A stretch of DNA of 64,000 nt from Candidatus Aminicenantes bacterium UBA2190 (GTDB lineage Bacteria; Acidobacteriota; Aminicenantia; UBA2199): positions 137,635 through 201,634 of the forward strand of contig DCVK01000021.1 in NCBI GenBank assembly GCA_002335385.1. The letters are read 5' to 3'. A program made the translations under genes and the position numbers. The notes beneath the pieces are model-generated. The model saw only the letters and a list, made by a program, of their open reading frames with translations, did not search any database and was not told the origin of the DNA. This document shows, piece after piece, positions 29,709 to 41,599 of this stretch. The first letter of the stretch is position 1. Every line of letters begins with the position of its first letter.

Positions 29709-30605
29709 TCAGCCCCGCCTTGCCGTTTCGGGGTCCAATTGGCGCCGCAACCCCAGGATCGTGTCCAGCTGGCGGCTTGCCGCCTGCTCGCCGCGGCGGA
29801 TGATCTCGGCCGGGCGATAGAACTCGAACATTCTGAAATCCGCGGTATCGACGTGGATGGTCACGTCGGGAGCGTCACTGCGCAGGCGCGACATGACCAG
29901 CTTCTCCTGCATGACCTCGATGGTGGCCAGGATGGTCTCGACCAGATTGGGCTCCTTGCCGGCGCCGCCGCTGAGCAATTTGCGGCTGAAGAAGTCGTCG
30001 AGGCGGGCGATCAGCGGTTTTTCCTTTCCCGGGCGCTCGGGAGACCGGGTCCGCTCCAGCAGCGGCGAAATGACGTTGACGGCGATGGTGAAGGCGGCGC
30101 CGTTCTTTTTCAGCGTGTCGACCGGCACGGGATTGACCAGGCCGCCGTCGACCAGGAAGCGGCCCTCCCAGGAGACGGGCTTGAAGATGACCGGCACGGA
30201 AATGGAGGCGCGCACGGCCCGCGCCAGGCTGCCGTGATCGAGCACGACCTCGATGCCGCGGCGGATATCGGTGGCGATGCAGAAGTACGGTACGTCCAGG
30301 CTCTCAATGGCGGCAGTTCCCAGCGTGTCGTCCAGGAATCCCCGGATGCGCTTCTCCGAAACCAGCCCCGAGCTGCTGGGACGCGCCGCCAGGTATCGGG
30401 AGAGGTTGGCGTCCTCGAACCCCAGTGCGAACTCCTCCACGGTGTGGATATCGCCCTTCAGGCAATACAGGGCGCCGACCAGGGCGCCGATGCTGGTGCC
30501 GGCGACCACCTCCGGGACGATGCCGTGCTGCAGCAGCACTTTGAGCACGCCGATATGGGCCAGCCCCTTGGCACCTCCGCCGCCCAGCGCGATGCCCGTC
30601 GTCAT
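29709..30605 (-). CDS. patatin-like phospholipase
   Basis: GGGGAKG, GTSIG, DGG motifs. Confidence 0.9.
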   Translation of the reverse strand: MTTGIALGGGGAKGLAHIGVLKVLLQHGIVPEVVAGTSIGALVGALYCLKGDIHTVEEFALGFEDANLSRYLAARPSSSGLVSEKRIRGFLDDTLGTAAIESLDVPYFCIATDIRRGIEVVLDHGSLARAVRASISVPVIFKPVSWEGRFLVDGGLVNPVPVDTLKKNGAAFTIAVNVISPLLERTRSPERPGKEKPLIARLDDFFSRKLLSGGAGKEPNLVETILATIEVMQEKLVMSRLRSDAPDVTIHVDTADFRMFEFYRPAEIIRRGEQAASRQLDTILGLRRQLDPETARRG

Positions 30606-31723
30606 CGCCCGTTTCCCGCCCGCGCCACCCGACGCAGGAAGTGCCTCAGGTTCAGGCCGCAGACCCGGCGCACTTCGCCGGCGCGGAACCCCCGCCGGCG
30701 CAGTCCCGCCGCCAGGGCGGGATAATGGGCGGCGTTCCTCAAGTCGGCGGGGGTGGAGGCGATGCCGTCGAAGTCGCTGCCCAGGCCGACGCAGCCGATG
30801 CCGCCGAGCGCGGCGATATGCACGACATGGTCGATCAGGTCGTCCAGGAATACCCGGTTGTTGCCCTGCACCGCCTTCTGGAAGTACTCCCACTCGAGGT
30901 CACTGAGGAGTTTCGGGTCGTCCTCCTTCCCGCGGGAACGGGCCTTGATCTCCCTGGCGTGCCGGGCGAAATTCTCCTCGATCTGCTCGTAGACGCGGCG
31001 GCGAATGAAGGCCGGGTGGAAATTGACGCCGATGAAGCCGCCGCCGGCAGCGATGGCGCGGACCAGGTCGTCGGGCAGGTTGCGCGGCACGTCGCACAGG
31101 CTGCGGGCATTGGAGTGCGAGGCCAGCAGGGGAGCGTTTACCGACCGCAGCACGGCGCGCGTTGTGGCGTCGGAGACGTGCGAAACGTCGATGGCCATCC
31201 CCGTTCGCTCCATCTCCCGGACGATGCGCTTGCCCAGGGCGCTTAATCCCCGCAGGCGCGGGACGTCGGTGGAGGAATCGGCCCAATCGTTGTTCCGACC
31301 GTGGGTTAGGGTCATGCCGCGCACGCCGAGGGAACGGAACACGGCGAGGACCTCCAGGGAGTTCTCGAGCGCATGCCCCCCTTCCAGGAAGACCCAGGCG
31401 GCCAGGCGCCCGGCCGCGACCGCCTGGTCCATCCCGGCCACCGATACGACCTTGACGGCAAGTCCCGGTGCGAAAACCTTCGTTTCGAGCGCCTGCAGCA
31501 CCTCCAGGCCGCGCTTCAGGGCGCGGTGCGGGGCGAAGAGCGGATCGACCCAGACGGCGAAGACCTGCGCCTTGAGCCCTCCCTTCCGGGCCTTGCCCAG
31601 GTCGATGTGGGCGGGGCTGCGGCGGAATCCCCAGGCCTTGTCGGCCAAAACGGTGGCCGTGTCGCAATGGGCGTCAAAGACGAACAGGTCCTGCGCTTCG
31701 CCGGCATTTGCCTTGTTTCTCAT
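30602..31723 (-). CDS. membrane dipeptidase (peptidase M19)
   Basis: DAHCD, LEG, DVSH, ASHSN, GLGSDFDG. Confidence 0.9.
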   Translation of the reverse strand: MRNKANAGEAQDLFVFDAHCDTATVLADKAWGFRRSPAHIDLGKARKGGLKAQVFAVWVDPLFAPHRALKRGLEVLQALETKVFAPGLAVKVVSVAGMDQAVAAGRLAAWVFLEGGHALENSLEVLAVFRSLGVRGMTLTHGRNNDWADSSTDVPRLRGLSALGKRIVREMERTGMAIDVSHVSDATTRAVLRSVNAPLLASHSNARSLCDVPRNLPDDLVRAIAAGGGFIGVNFHPAFIRRRVYEQIEENFARHAREIKARSRGKEDDPKLLSDLEWEYFQKAVQGNNRVFLDDLIDHVVHIAALGGIGCVGLGSDFDGIASTPADLRNAAHYPALAAGLRRRGFRAGEVRRVCGLNLRHFLRRVARAGNGR

Positions 31724-31876
31724 GCCGGGATTCTATACCAATTCGCCGCCGCGCGAAAGGAGGGATGCTGTCTCCGCCTGGAAGCGGGTCGGGAAAAGCG
31801 CGCTCGCAGGCGAAAAACGCTGCGGTTCATTGACAAACTTTCGCTTTTACATATAATACCTAATGGTGAGGGAATA

Positions 31877-32245
31877 ATGAGCACAACGGTCCTGATCGTC
31901 ATTTTCGTGGTCGCACTGATCGTTTCCCTGGGATTCCTGCTGCTGGTCATCACCCTGGTGCCGGCCATCCAGCAGCTCAAATCGCTGCTGCTGGACCTTG
32001 AAAAAACGTCGGTTGAGGTGCGCGACCTGGCCCGCGAGGCCAAGCGCCTCGGCGCCCTCGCCGAGGACCGTCTGGAAAAGGTCGACACGGTGCTCTCGCA
32101 GTCGCGGCGGATGGTGGATAACGCCGGCGACGCCCTGCATTTCATCAACCGCAGCGTATTGCGGCGCTCGGCCGGACTGCTGGCGTTCCTGCCCGCCGTC
32201 CGCCTGGGCTGGAACCTGGTCAAGAAGATCAAAGGAGGAAAATAA
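31877..32245 (+). CDS. DUF948/YoxC-like membrane-anchored coiled-coil protein
   Basis: N-terminal TM then coiled coil; paired with YtxH; TTGACA-17-TATAAT-like promoter upstream. Confidence 0.7.
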   Translation: MSTTVLIVIFVVALIVSLGFLLLVITLVPAIQQLKSLLLDLEKTSVEVRDLAREAKRLGALAEDRLEKVDTVLSQSRRMVDNAGDALHFINRSVLRRSAGLLAFLPAVRLGWNLVKKIKGGK

Positions 32246-32515
32246 ATGAGCGAAAATACTGGCAGCAAGATGTTCTTCAGTTTCCTGACCGGAGCCGCCC
32301 TGGGCGCCGGCTTGGCCCTGTTGTTCGCCCCCCAGTCCGGCAAGGAGACGCGCAAGCAGATCAAGGATTTTTCCGACAAGCTCGGCAATGATGTCAAGGA
32401 CGAGGCCGAAAAGATCAGCAGCAGGGTCAAGTACGAGGTCGACAAGCTCGGCGACAAGGCCAAGAGCATCATCGGCGAAGCCAAGGAAACGTTCGGAAAA
32501 AAATCAAGGATCTAA
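32246..32515 (+). CDS. YtxH-domain protein
   Basis: GAALGAGLALLFAPQSGKETR. Confidence 0.88.
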   Translation: MSENTGSKMFFSFLTGAALGAGLALLFAPQSGKETRKQIKDFSDKLGNDVKDEAEKISSRVKYEVDKLGDKAKSIIGEAKETFGKKSRI

Positions 32516-32645
32516 GCCGGCGGGCATTTCCCGTTTCGGGAACGGTGGATGAAGAATGGACTCGCCATGCGCAGGGATCATGCTGCCTGCGCGGGCGGTA
32601 AGCCGGAAATAGATTTTTAGCAGCCTTTCAGAGAGGTTTTTCAAC

Positions 32646-34289
<1,644 letters not shown>

Positions 34290-34311
34290 GAACAAACGGG
34301 AAAGCGGGGAC

Positions 34312-35400
34312 ATGACCTTCTGGATCATGGTCGCGGGCGCGGCCCAGGGATTCTTTCTTGCCGCCCTGCTGGCCGGCAGGGCCAGGCATGGGGCGGCGGC
34401 GAATCGCATCCTCTCCCTCCTGGTTGGGCTGATCTCGATCCGTCTGGCTGAGGCCGCGGTTGCGACACGCCTGGGCTATGGCTTCATCCCCGGCGCCATC
34501 CAGGTGACATTCCCCATTATCTTTGCTTTTGCGCCCCTTCTCTACTTCTATGTCGAGGCTCGCGGGCGGCCCGATTTTGGATTTCGCCGATGGGACTGCC
34601 TCCACTTCCTTCCCTGCGCCATGGCCACGATCTGGGTCATTGCCGCACTGTGGACCCGGGCGCCACTCGGACTGGATTCGGAGCTTGAAGCCTGGGCCGT
34701 CGACCTGCCCTGGTTCATCCAGGCCGTCGTCTATTCGACGCTGATCCTGTTGCGGCATCCCGATGCCATGAACCGCGTCCTGGATACAGACGCTTCTCCC
34801 GAGCGGGCCAATATCCGCTGGATCGGCTTCTTGACGCTGACCTTTCTGGGCATTGCCGCTCTCGTCGCCTTTCGCTTGCTGGCCCTGCTGGCCGGGATGC
34901 ATTATGCCCCAGGCCTGCGGGGCATTCTATATGCGGCCGTCGCCCTGCTGATCTATCTGTGGGGGTATCGTGGGCTGAGTCAGGCGGAGATCTTCTTCCC
35001 GACCGATGCTTCCCGTTTGCCCGGGCGAGAGGCTGGTCCTGATGAAGATGCCGGCCGCATTTCTGTCCTGCAGGTCAAGATCCTCGGCTTCATGGAAGCG
35101 GAGAAGCCCTTTCTCGATCCCGAGCTTTCCCTGCACGGCCTGGCCGCCCGGCTGCATGAGCCGCCTCATCTCATCTCGCAGATGATCAACCGCGAGTTCA
35201 ACAGCAACTTCTTCACTTTCGTCAATGGCTACCGGGTCGAGGAAGCCAAGCGCCGCCTGGCCGAGCCGGAAAGCCGGCGCATAAAGCTCCTGGCCCTCGC
35301 TCTGGACTGCGGTTTTGCCTCCAAGTCCTCGTTCAACCGGGTTTTCAAGGAGATGGCTGGAATGACGCCTTCGGAGTTCCAGCGCTTGCCGCGAAAATAA
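34312..35400 (+). CDS. AraC-family regulator with multi-TM sensor domain
   Basis: About 6 TM helices then PFLDPELSL...FVNGYRVEEAK...GFASKSSFNRVFK. Confidence 0.9.
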   Translation: MTFWIMVAGAAQGFFLAALLAGRARHGAAANRILSLLVGLISIRLAEAAVATRLGYGFIPGAIQVTFPIIFAFAPLLYFYVEARGRPDFGFRRWDCLHFLPCAMATIWVIAALWTRAPLGLDSELEAWAVDLPWFIQAVVYSTLILLRHPDAMNRVLDTDASPERANIRWIGFLTLTFLGIAALVAFRLLALLAGMHYAPGLRGILYAAVALLIYLWGYRGLSQAEIFFPTDASRLPGREAGPDEDAGRISVLQVKILGFMEAEKPFLDPELSLHGLAARLHEPPHLISQMINREFNSNFFTFVNGYRVEEAKRRLAEPESRRIKLLALALDCGFASKSSFNRVFKEMAGMTPSEFQRLPRK

Positions 35401-35561
35401 CCGTAACCGACTGAGCGCATCGACCTGCCGTTCTCTGGATTTGTGACGGGGCTCATTCAGCGCAAAAGGTCCCAAAACTCATAAAGATGTCCCGGTTCGT
35501 TGATTTGGGGCGACGAATGCCGGTCCCCCGGTTATCCTGGAACCTCATCAGGAGGTTCTCC

Positions 35562-35618
35562 ATGAACGACATTAAAAAACGCGGTGGCTCCGGGCTCTCA
35601 GCCTGGATCCAGAAGTGA
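35562..35618 (+). other. 18-codon mini-ORF with strong RBS, coupled to next gene
   Basis: AGGAGG-ATG MNDIKKRGGSGLSAWIQK*, stop overlaps GTG 35615 (GTGA). Confidence 0.5.
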
Positions 35619-36706
35619 AAGCGGTGCGCAAACTCACCCGCCGATTTTTCCTGTTCTGCAGCGTTGTCTTTGTTCTTTTGCTTGGATTGCTGGCCGTTGA
35701 TTTTGCCTTTTTACGCGGCCGAACCCCGAAAATTGCGGGATCGTCCACCAGCATCGCCTCCCTGGAACGCATCACCCTTGGTGGAGTCGAGCAATGGATT
35801 CTGATTCGCGGCTGGAGGGTTTCGGACCCGGTCGTTCTGTTCCTTCACGGCGGCCCCGGCATGCCGGCAATGTACCTGGCCCACGATTTTCAAAGGGAGC
35901 TGGAAAGGAATTTTGTCATTGTCCATTGGGATCGGCGCGGTGCCGGCAAATCGTATCGTTCGGGGGTCGACGGCGATATCAGCGTCCGCCAGACCATCGA
36001 TGATACATTTGAACTCACCCGTCTTCTCTGCCGGCGCTTGAACAAGGACCGCATTTATCTGGTCGGCCACTCCTTTGGCTCCTATTTTGGCATGCTGGCC
36101 GCCTGGGAGCACCCTGAACATTATTTGGCCTACATCGGCATGGGACAAATGACCGATGGTGCGAACGGAGCGCGTGCAATTCAAGCCCAAAGGCGATTCT
36201 TGCTGCAGAAGGGGCGTGAAGCGGGCGACGATGAACTGGTCAAAAGACTGGCGGCCCCGGGAACAAAGGCCGCCGAAAAAGACCTTTTCCGATATCGCGC
36301 TGAGCTGTTCCGCTCAACCAATTGGTGGCCGATCGCCTACTCGGGCTTGACAGCCCCCGAGTACACCCTTGCGGATATTTTGAATCTGCAGAAGGGAGTG
36401 GACATGGTGGCACGCAAGATCAAAATGCGCATGAACGCGATTCCCGGCCCTCTGGCCGAGTGCGTGAGCCAGGTACGGATCCCCGTTTACTTTTTTTTGG
36501 GCCGCCACGATTACAATACGCCCTCGCTCCTGGCCGAGGAATACTTCCATTTGCTTCAGGCGCCCTTGAAAAAGCTTGTCTGGTTCGAGAATTCGGCGCA
36601 CATGCCCTTTTTTGAAGAGCCCGAATTCTTCCGCAGGCAAATGATCGCCATGGACAGAGGAACGATGCGTTTTTGGACAGCCCAGAAAAAAAAGGCGCAC
36701 GATTGA
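35615..36706 (+). CDS. alpha/beta hydrolase (proline iminopeptidase-like)
   Basis: LHGGPG, WDRRGAGKS, GHSFG nucleophile, GRHDYNTP, SAHMP. Confidence 0.88.
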   Translation: MKAVRKLTRRFFLFCSVVFVLLLGLLAVDFAFLRGRTPKIAGSSTSIASLERITLGGVEQWILIRGWRVSDPVVLFLHGGPGMPAMYLAHDFQRELERNFVIVHWDRRGAGKSYRSGVDGDISVRQTIDDTFELTRLLCRRLNKDRIYLVGHSFGSYFGMLAAWEHPEHYLAYIGMGQMTDGANGARAIQAQRRFLLQKGREAGDDELVKRLAAPGTKAAEKDLFRYRAELFRSTNWWPIAYSGLTAPEYTLADILNLQKGVDMVARKIKMRMNAIPGPLAECVSQVRIPVYFFLGRHDYNTPSLLAEEYFHLLQAPLKKLVWFENSAHMPFFEEPEFFRRQMIAMDRGTMRFWTAQKKKAHD

Positions 36707-36829
36707 TCCCGGCGCGCGCAAGAAGCATGCCCTGCGCACGTGCACCCTGGACGCCGGCCGCCTCTTCGCCGCCGCTTTTCCTGCGGCCAGCGGAAACCCG
36801 CAAAAACCCGGAGCATGACGACATCAAGC

Positions 36830-36890
36830 TTGACAATCAAAGAAAGGCCTGGTAATATGACTTTTAAGTCATATGACCAACAAGTCATAT
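36830..36890 (+). promoter_or_regulatory. promoter with two overlapping palindromic TetR operators
   Basis: TTGACA-17-TAATAT; ATATGAC-N6-GTCATAT at 36855-36874 and 36871-36890. Confidence 0.8.
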
Positions 36891-36901
36891 TAGGGAGGAC
36901 C

Positions 36902-37516
36902 ATGCCCAAAAAGACATTTCTCAACCTCAGTGCCGCAAAAAGGCAACGGTTCGTCAAGGCAGCCCGTGCTGAATTCGCGGCCCGAAACTACGCCGCCGCC
37001 AACCTGGATGAGATCTGTCGGAAGGCGGGCATTCCCAAGGGGTCCCTGTACCAATATTTTGAAAACAAGCGGGACCTTTATGATTTCATCTCCCATCAGG
37101 CGCTGGATGAAGCCTGGCACTTGCTGGGGGCTTTCCTGGAAAAGGATCCGCCCCGAGATTGTTTTGACATGCTGGGGAAAACCTGGATGTTTTTAGAAAA
37201 AATGAAGCGCGAGGAGCCCCAGCTGCTCAACATTTACTATCGCGCAGGTTATGAGCATAAACAGGTGAATCGGCCCATCGGGGAGCATAACGATGCCTTT
37301 CTCGATCGCTTTTTATCCTGGGGAATCGGCGAAGGGATGATCGATCCCAAGCTGGACCGGGTTGCGGTCGCCTTCATGATCGACGCCGTTTCCAACCGTT
37401 TTCAGGAAGAGGTGCTCTTTCCCAGGAGGAAAAAGATGCGGGAAAAGACCCCCCCGAACGATCTGGCGATGAAACTGCTGGAATTGTTGCGCCGCGCGCT
37501 GGGCCCGTTGAAATAA
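36902..37516 (+). CDS. TetR/AcrR-family regulator
   Basis: MPKKTFLNL...ICRKAGIPKGSLYQYFENKRDLY HTH. Confidence 0.9.
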   Translation: MPKKTFLNLSAAKRQRFVKAARAEFAARNYAAANLDEICRKAGIPKGSLYQYFENKRDLYDFISHQALDEAWHLLGAFLEKDPPRDCFDMLGKTWMFLEKMKREEPQLLNIYYRAGYEHKQVNRPIGEHNDAFLDRFLSWGIGEGMIDPKLDRVAVAFMIDAVSNRFQEEVLFPRRKKMREKTPPNDLAMKLLELLRRALGPLK

Positions 37517-37530
37517 AATAAGGAGGAAAA

Positions 37531-38703
37531 ATGATCCGAAAATCGATTCTTGTCTACTTGCTGTGTTTGCTCACCGTCTGCTGGATGCCTGCCGCAGAGA
37601 ACTCTTATGATTCACTGGTCAAAGCTGTCGCCGGGAATGACGCGCTGGAAGGAGAAACATTGGAATACTTTTTGCGGCTGACCCCGCCGCTGCTCCAATA
37701 CCTGGACCATGCCAGTGGAAGAAAGTTGAATAAATCACTTGCCAACGTTCATTCTGTATCCGATTTAAAGCGGGCGCTGGATCGGGAAATCGGCCCGGAT
37801 TGGATCGATTTCGGAGAAGAGCTGTTCGATTTTTTCACCCCCTGCGATTCCCTGGAAAAAAACGGTGAAGCGCGCAGCATGGAAACGGCTCATTTTATTT
37901 TATCATTTCTCACCGGCACCAGGGCGGAGCAGGACATCGATTTTCTCGCCGCCAATGCCGAGAAATCCTTTGCGGCGATCGCCGCCACGATCGGCGGTAG
38001 CCTGGAAGCACCGATGCGGTTCCTGAAAAACAGCGGGGAAGCCGGCCAGGACAAGCGAAAGATCGCTGTTTTTTTCCATGGCAACAAGCAGGCGATGCAG
38101 CAAAGGACAAAAAGCAATGGCTTGGGGATTACCAATTTTGGGGCGACCATCGACGATGAGCAGTCGGTGCGCCTCACCTGCGAGATCAACGTGGTGTACA
38201 CTAATCCCTTCGCGCTGGCGATCGTTGCTCACGAAGTGGCCCATGCCGCCCTGCTTTTGGGCAGTTTCAAGCTTGAGGCCATCCAGGGCAATAAAATTGA
38301 AGGCCAGAAGGGTTTGGCCAAGGCCTTCTTCGCCGGTTATCGCCGGATCCCGGCATTCCTCCAGGAGGGAATCGGCGACCATGCCGCGTACTACCAGGGA
38401 TTTCTGGGGAAATGGCCCCTGCTCCCCGACATCGGGCAACTGCTGCGGCCGGTCCTTGGCAGCGGTTCGTACATCCCGTTGGAACAACTGATCGACGCCC
38501 ACCCCGCGATTGTCGTGAAGAAGCACAAGTATTTTTCACTTCTGGCGGCTTCGTTCATCGATTTTCTTATTCAGGAATATGGCGTGGGGAAAATGAGGGC
38601 CTGGCTGCTGGCAGGAAATGAAAAGGGGAGGGAAACCTTTGCCTCCATTTATGGCGAAGATGTAAGGGCCGTAGAAAAAAAGTGGCTGGCGTCACTGACC
38701 TAG
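37531..38703 (+). CDS. secreted gluzincin-like metallopeptidase
   Basis: Signal peptide; AHEVAH and downstream FLQEG. Confidence 0.65.
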   Translation: MIRKSILVYLLCLLTVCWMPAAENSYDSLVKAVAGNDALEGETLEYFLRLTPPLLQYLDHASGRKLNKSLANVHSVSDLKRALDREIGPDWIDFGEELFDFFTPCDSLEKNGEARSMETAHFILSFLTGTRAEQDIDFLAANAEKSFAAIAATIGGSLEAPMRFLKNSGEAGQDKRKIAVFFHGNKQAMQQRTKSNGLGITNFGATIDDEQSVRLTCEINVVYTNPFALAIVAHEVAHAALLLGSFKLEAIQGNKIEGQKGLAKAFFAGYRRIPAFLQEGIGDHAAYYQGFLGKWPLLPDIGQLLRPVLGSGSYIPLEQLIDAHPAIVVKKHKYFSLLAASFIDFLIQEYGVGKMRAWLLAGNEKGRETFASIYGEDVRAVEKKWLASLT

Positions 38704-38841
38704 CATCCACGTACAATCGAGTCAGTGCAAACCAAAAGAAGGTTTTCAGGCAAGGAGGTTTCAGTGCAATAAATAGTTCCCCAAGCCGGCAGCGGTTGGT
38801 TTTTTGAGTATGAAAAACGTCTGACCTACAAGGAGGTCGCA

Positions 38842-39618
38842 GTGAAGAAATTGTTTATGGTGCTGCTGTTCATGATGGCCTGTGCGGCAAATGCAGCGGA
38901 AAGCCCTTTTAAGAAAGGTACTGCCTATTTGAATTTCAATTTCCATGTCAGCGGTAAATCCTGGACCGAAATCGGGAATCCCTCCTCTTCGGTCTTTGGG
39001 GTAACCGGGCCAAACTTGCTGCCGGGCGATTCCTTGGGAGTGGACAAGCTCGCTGTCCACAACAATCAAAGCTTTGGCAACATGGCGACGGGGGTTGCCC
39101 TGGAATACGCACTCACCAATAACCTGGGACTGGAATTTCAATATTCCAATCGCTCCAACGATTATGAGGGGGTTGCCATTGAACTGGCAAAACCCGAAGA
39201 ATCCGAATCCGGCAATGGAGTAAAACATATAGTCCTCAACCACTACTATGATGCGGGGAGATTCTCGGATCGGGTCCTTTCATTGGGGTGCAACTACCAT
39301 TTGAATTTCATCGGGATCCGCCGTCTGGATGTTTACACCGGCTTCCAGCTTGGGATCGAGGAGAAGAAATTTTCCGTCCATTCACGCTTGAAGGAAAGCG
39401 TTAAACTCGAGTTCCCGGCCATGGAGAAGGAATTTTGGATCACCCCCGTCGATTATGCGGGCAATCGGGGCCTACTGGTCTATTCTCATGTCGCCGCCGG
39501 CTTGAATTTTTTCTTCACCAAGAGGATCGCAATCAACTTACGCTCGGGCTTGAAAATCGGTTCCCAGGGATATGAATCGGAGTTTTTTGGCGGCGCCGGA
39601 TTGACTGTGAAGCTTTGA
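38842..39618 (+). CDS. outer-membrane beta-barrel protein
   Basis: Signal peptide, alternating beta strands, C-terminal GAGLTVKL. Confidence 0.7.
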   Translation: MKKLFMVLLFMMACAANAAESPFKKGTAYLNFNFHVSGKSWTEIGNPSSSVFGVTGPNLLPGDSLGVDKLAVHNNQSFGNMATGVALEYALTNNLGLEFQYSNRSNDYEGVAIELAKPEESESGNGVKHIVLNHYYDAGRFSDRVLSLGCNYHLNFIGIRRLDVYTGFQLGIEEKKFSVHSRLKESVKLEFPAMEKEFWITPVDYAGNRGLLVYSHVAAGLNFFFTKRIAINLRSGLKIGSQGYESEFFGGAGLTVKL

Positions 39619-39740
39619 TCATCCAACCATGGCCGCACACCTCGTCCCCAGGCTTTAGAGTTCCTGCCGGTCAGCTAACCTGTGGATGGCAGTGATGAAT
39701 TGAGGATAGACATTCTTATGAAAACAAGAAGGAGGCTCTC

Positions 39741-40412
39741 ATGAATTTCAAAAAAATGCTTTTCATCTGGTTATTGCTGTTCCCGCTGGCACTGAGCGCG
39801 GATATTTTATCGGGCGCGCGCCTGGGCTTTCAGCAGGGGCATCTGCTTTCGCGGCTGGATTTTTCCTGGAACCTGTCGCCATACAGCATCGCCGACATGC
39901 AGCGTGCCCAGGGCGGCATTTTCCTGTCGCTCCGGCTGGGAGATCATTTCGCCATCCGACCGGAATTGAACTTCACGCAAAAAGGGGTGCACGTCCGCTC
40001 TGGGGGGGCGCAGATCCCTCCGTCCGAGGAAACGCGGCGCTTTGAATTTGTCGAATTTCCGGTCAATGTTCATTTCTACCCCTTGGGAAAAAGGGGCGTT
40101 GTGACCCCGTCGTTCTTCGCCGGTCCCTACGCTGCCGCCCGGATTGGCTGGCGAATGACCGTCAACGGCAGAGAAGTTGACGTGCCCTCTTTTCTGGCCC
40201 ATTCTTTCGATCTGGGCATGATGGCGGGCATCGCCTTGGCCGCGAAAACCGGAGCCGGACGTCTCCATTGCGAGTTGCGGTATTCTCATGGGCTTAGCAA
40301 TTTTTTGGAGGACCCATGGTACGGCAGTCATCCCGAATCGACGACCATTAAAACGCGTTCCCTGGCCCTGCTGTTCGGCTTCAGCCTGCCGCTGGGCAAG
40401 AATTGGCAATAA
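39741..40412 (+). CDS. outer-membrane beta-barrel protein (PorT/OMP_b-brl_2-like)
   Basis: IRPELNFTQKG, FAGPY, ELRYSHGLSN patterns; signal peptide. Confidence 0.75.
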   Translation: MNFKKMLFIWLLLFPLALSADILSGARLGFQQGHLLSRLDFSWNLSPYSIADMQRAQGGIFLSLRLGDHFAIRPELNFTQKGVHVRSGGAQIPPSEETRRFEFVEFPVNVHFYPLGKRGVVTPSFFAGPYAAARIGWRMTVNGREVDVPSFLAHSFDLGMMAGIALAAKTGAGRLHCELRYSHGLSNFLEDPWYGSHPESTTIKTRSLALLFGFSLPLGKNWQ

Positions 40413-40426
40413 AGAAAGAGTATGCG

Positions 40427-40450
40427 GGGGCGATTCCCGGGAATCGCCCC
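40427..40450 (+). terminator. GC hairpin, probable terminator or REP-like palindrome
   Basis: GGGGCGATTC-CCGG-GAATCGCCCC followed by GTTT. Confidence 0.55.
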
Positions 40451-40786
40451 GTTTCCTGACGAGGATTACCTTGAAGATCAAACAGTTCGCGGCGCTTGCG
40501 TTTTGGCTGGTCTTTTTTACAGCGACTAGGTTGAAAACGAGGTATAGATTTCTGGCAACGCATCGATGGGCTTTTCAGCCAGTGGTCGGTTAAAAAAACA
40601 GTAAAAGTTCGCTGTGAGTGCAATTGCCCCATCAACTCATCTGTCCAGCAAGGAATGCGCGCTCTCCTGGATTGGGTCATTTGGCCATGGCGGCTTGGGG
40701 TTTGCTGCTTCCTTCCCACTGTCCACTGTAAACCGTCCCTGAGGACCTGTTTGCCATTTCCCGAAATTGCTGGTAAAATCGACCTT

Positions 40787-41599
40787 ATGAAGACGTTTTT
40801 CAAGGTCGACGATCTGGAAATCAGCGATGAGAAGCTTTTCCTGATCGCCGGGCCCTGCGTTATCGAGGACGAGGGGCTGACCCGCGAGATCGCCGCCGAG
40901 GCCCGGAAGATCACCGCTGAATTGGGCATCCCCTACATCTTCAAGGCCTCTTTCGACAAGGCCAACCGTTCCTCCGCCGGCTCGGCCCGCGGTCCGGGCA
41001 TCGAAAAGGGGCTGCCGGTGCTGGAGCGCATCAAGGCCGATTACGCTCTCCCCGTCCTCTCCGACATCCACGAGCCCTGGCAGGCCGCCGAAGTCGCCCA
41101 TGTCCTCTCTGTCATCCAGATCCCGGCCTTCCTCAGCCGCCAGACCGACCTGCTGCTGGCCGCCGCGCGCACCGGCCTGCCGCTGAACATCAAGAAGAGC
41201 CAGATGATGAGCCCGGCCGACATCCGCCTGGCGGTCGACAAGGTCGCCGGCGCCGACAATTCCCGCGTCATGCTCACCGAGCGCGGCACCTTTTTCGGCT
41301 ACAACAGCCTGGTGGTCGACTTCCGCTCCATCCCGCTGATGAAGGAGAGCGGCTGCCCGGTGGTCATGGACGCCACCCACGCGGTGCAGCGCCCCAGCGC
41401 CGCCGCCGGCGTCTCGGGCGGCGATCCGCGCTTCATCCCGCTGCTGGCTGCCGCCGGCGTCACCTCCGGCGCCAACGGCGTTTTTCTCGAGGTGCATCCC
41501 CGTCCCGAGCAGGCCCTCTCGGATGGCCGGAATTCCCTGCCCCTGGGCGATCTCCGCCCCCTTTTAATCCGCCTGCAGAAGTTGTATAATCTCGCTTGA
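40787..41599 (+). CDS. kdsA: KDO-8-phosphate synthase
   Basis: IAGPCVIE, KASFDKANRSS, QIPAFLSRQTD, DATHAVQ; TTGCCA-17-TAAAAT 7 nt before ATG. Confidence 0.95.
   Translation: MKTFFKVDDLEISDEKLFLIAGPCVIEDEGLTREIAAEARKITAELGIPYIFKASFDKANRSSAGSARGPGIEKGLPVLERIKADYALPVLSDIHEPWQAAEVAHVLSVIQIPAFLSRQTDLLLAAARTGLPLNIKKSQMMSPADIRLAVDKVAGADNSRVMLTERGTFFGYNSLVVDFRSIPLMKESGCPVVMDATHAVQRPSAAAGVSGGDPRFIPLLAAAGVTSGANGVFLEVHPRPEQALSDGRNSLPLGDLRPLLIRLQKLYNLA

Noticed and set aside
32516..32645. Cobalamin riboswitch upstream of methylmalonyl-CoA mutase
   Set aside because: Only a GGGAACGGTG fragment resembles the consensus; no B12 box and the space is short
35616..35618. Selenocysteine or stop readthrough joining the mini-ORF to the hydrolase
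   Set aside because: The two ORFs are in different frames (GTGA overlap)
38704..38841. c-di-GMP-I riboswitch before the beta-barrel gene
   Set aside because: GCAAACC is present but the GNRA/receptor stems and second hairpin cannot be built
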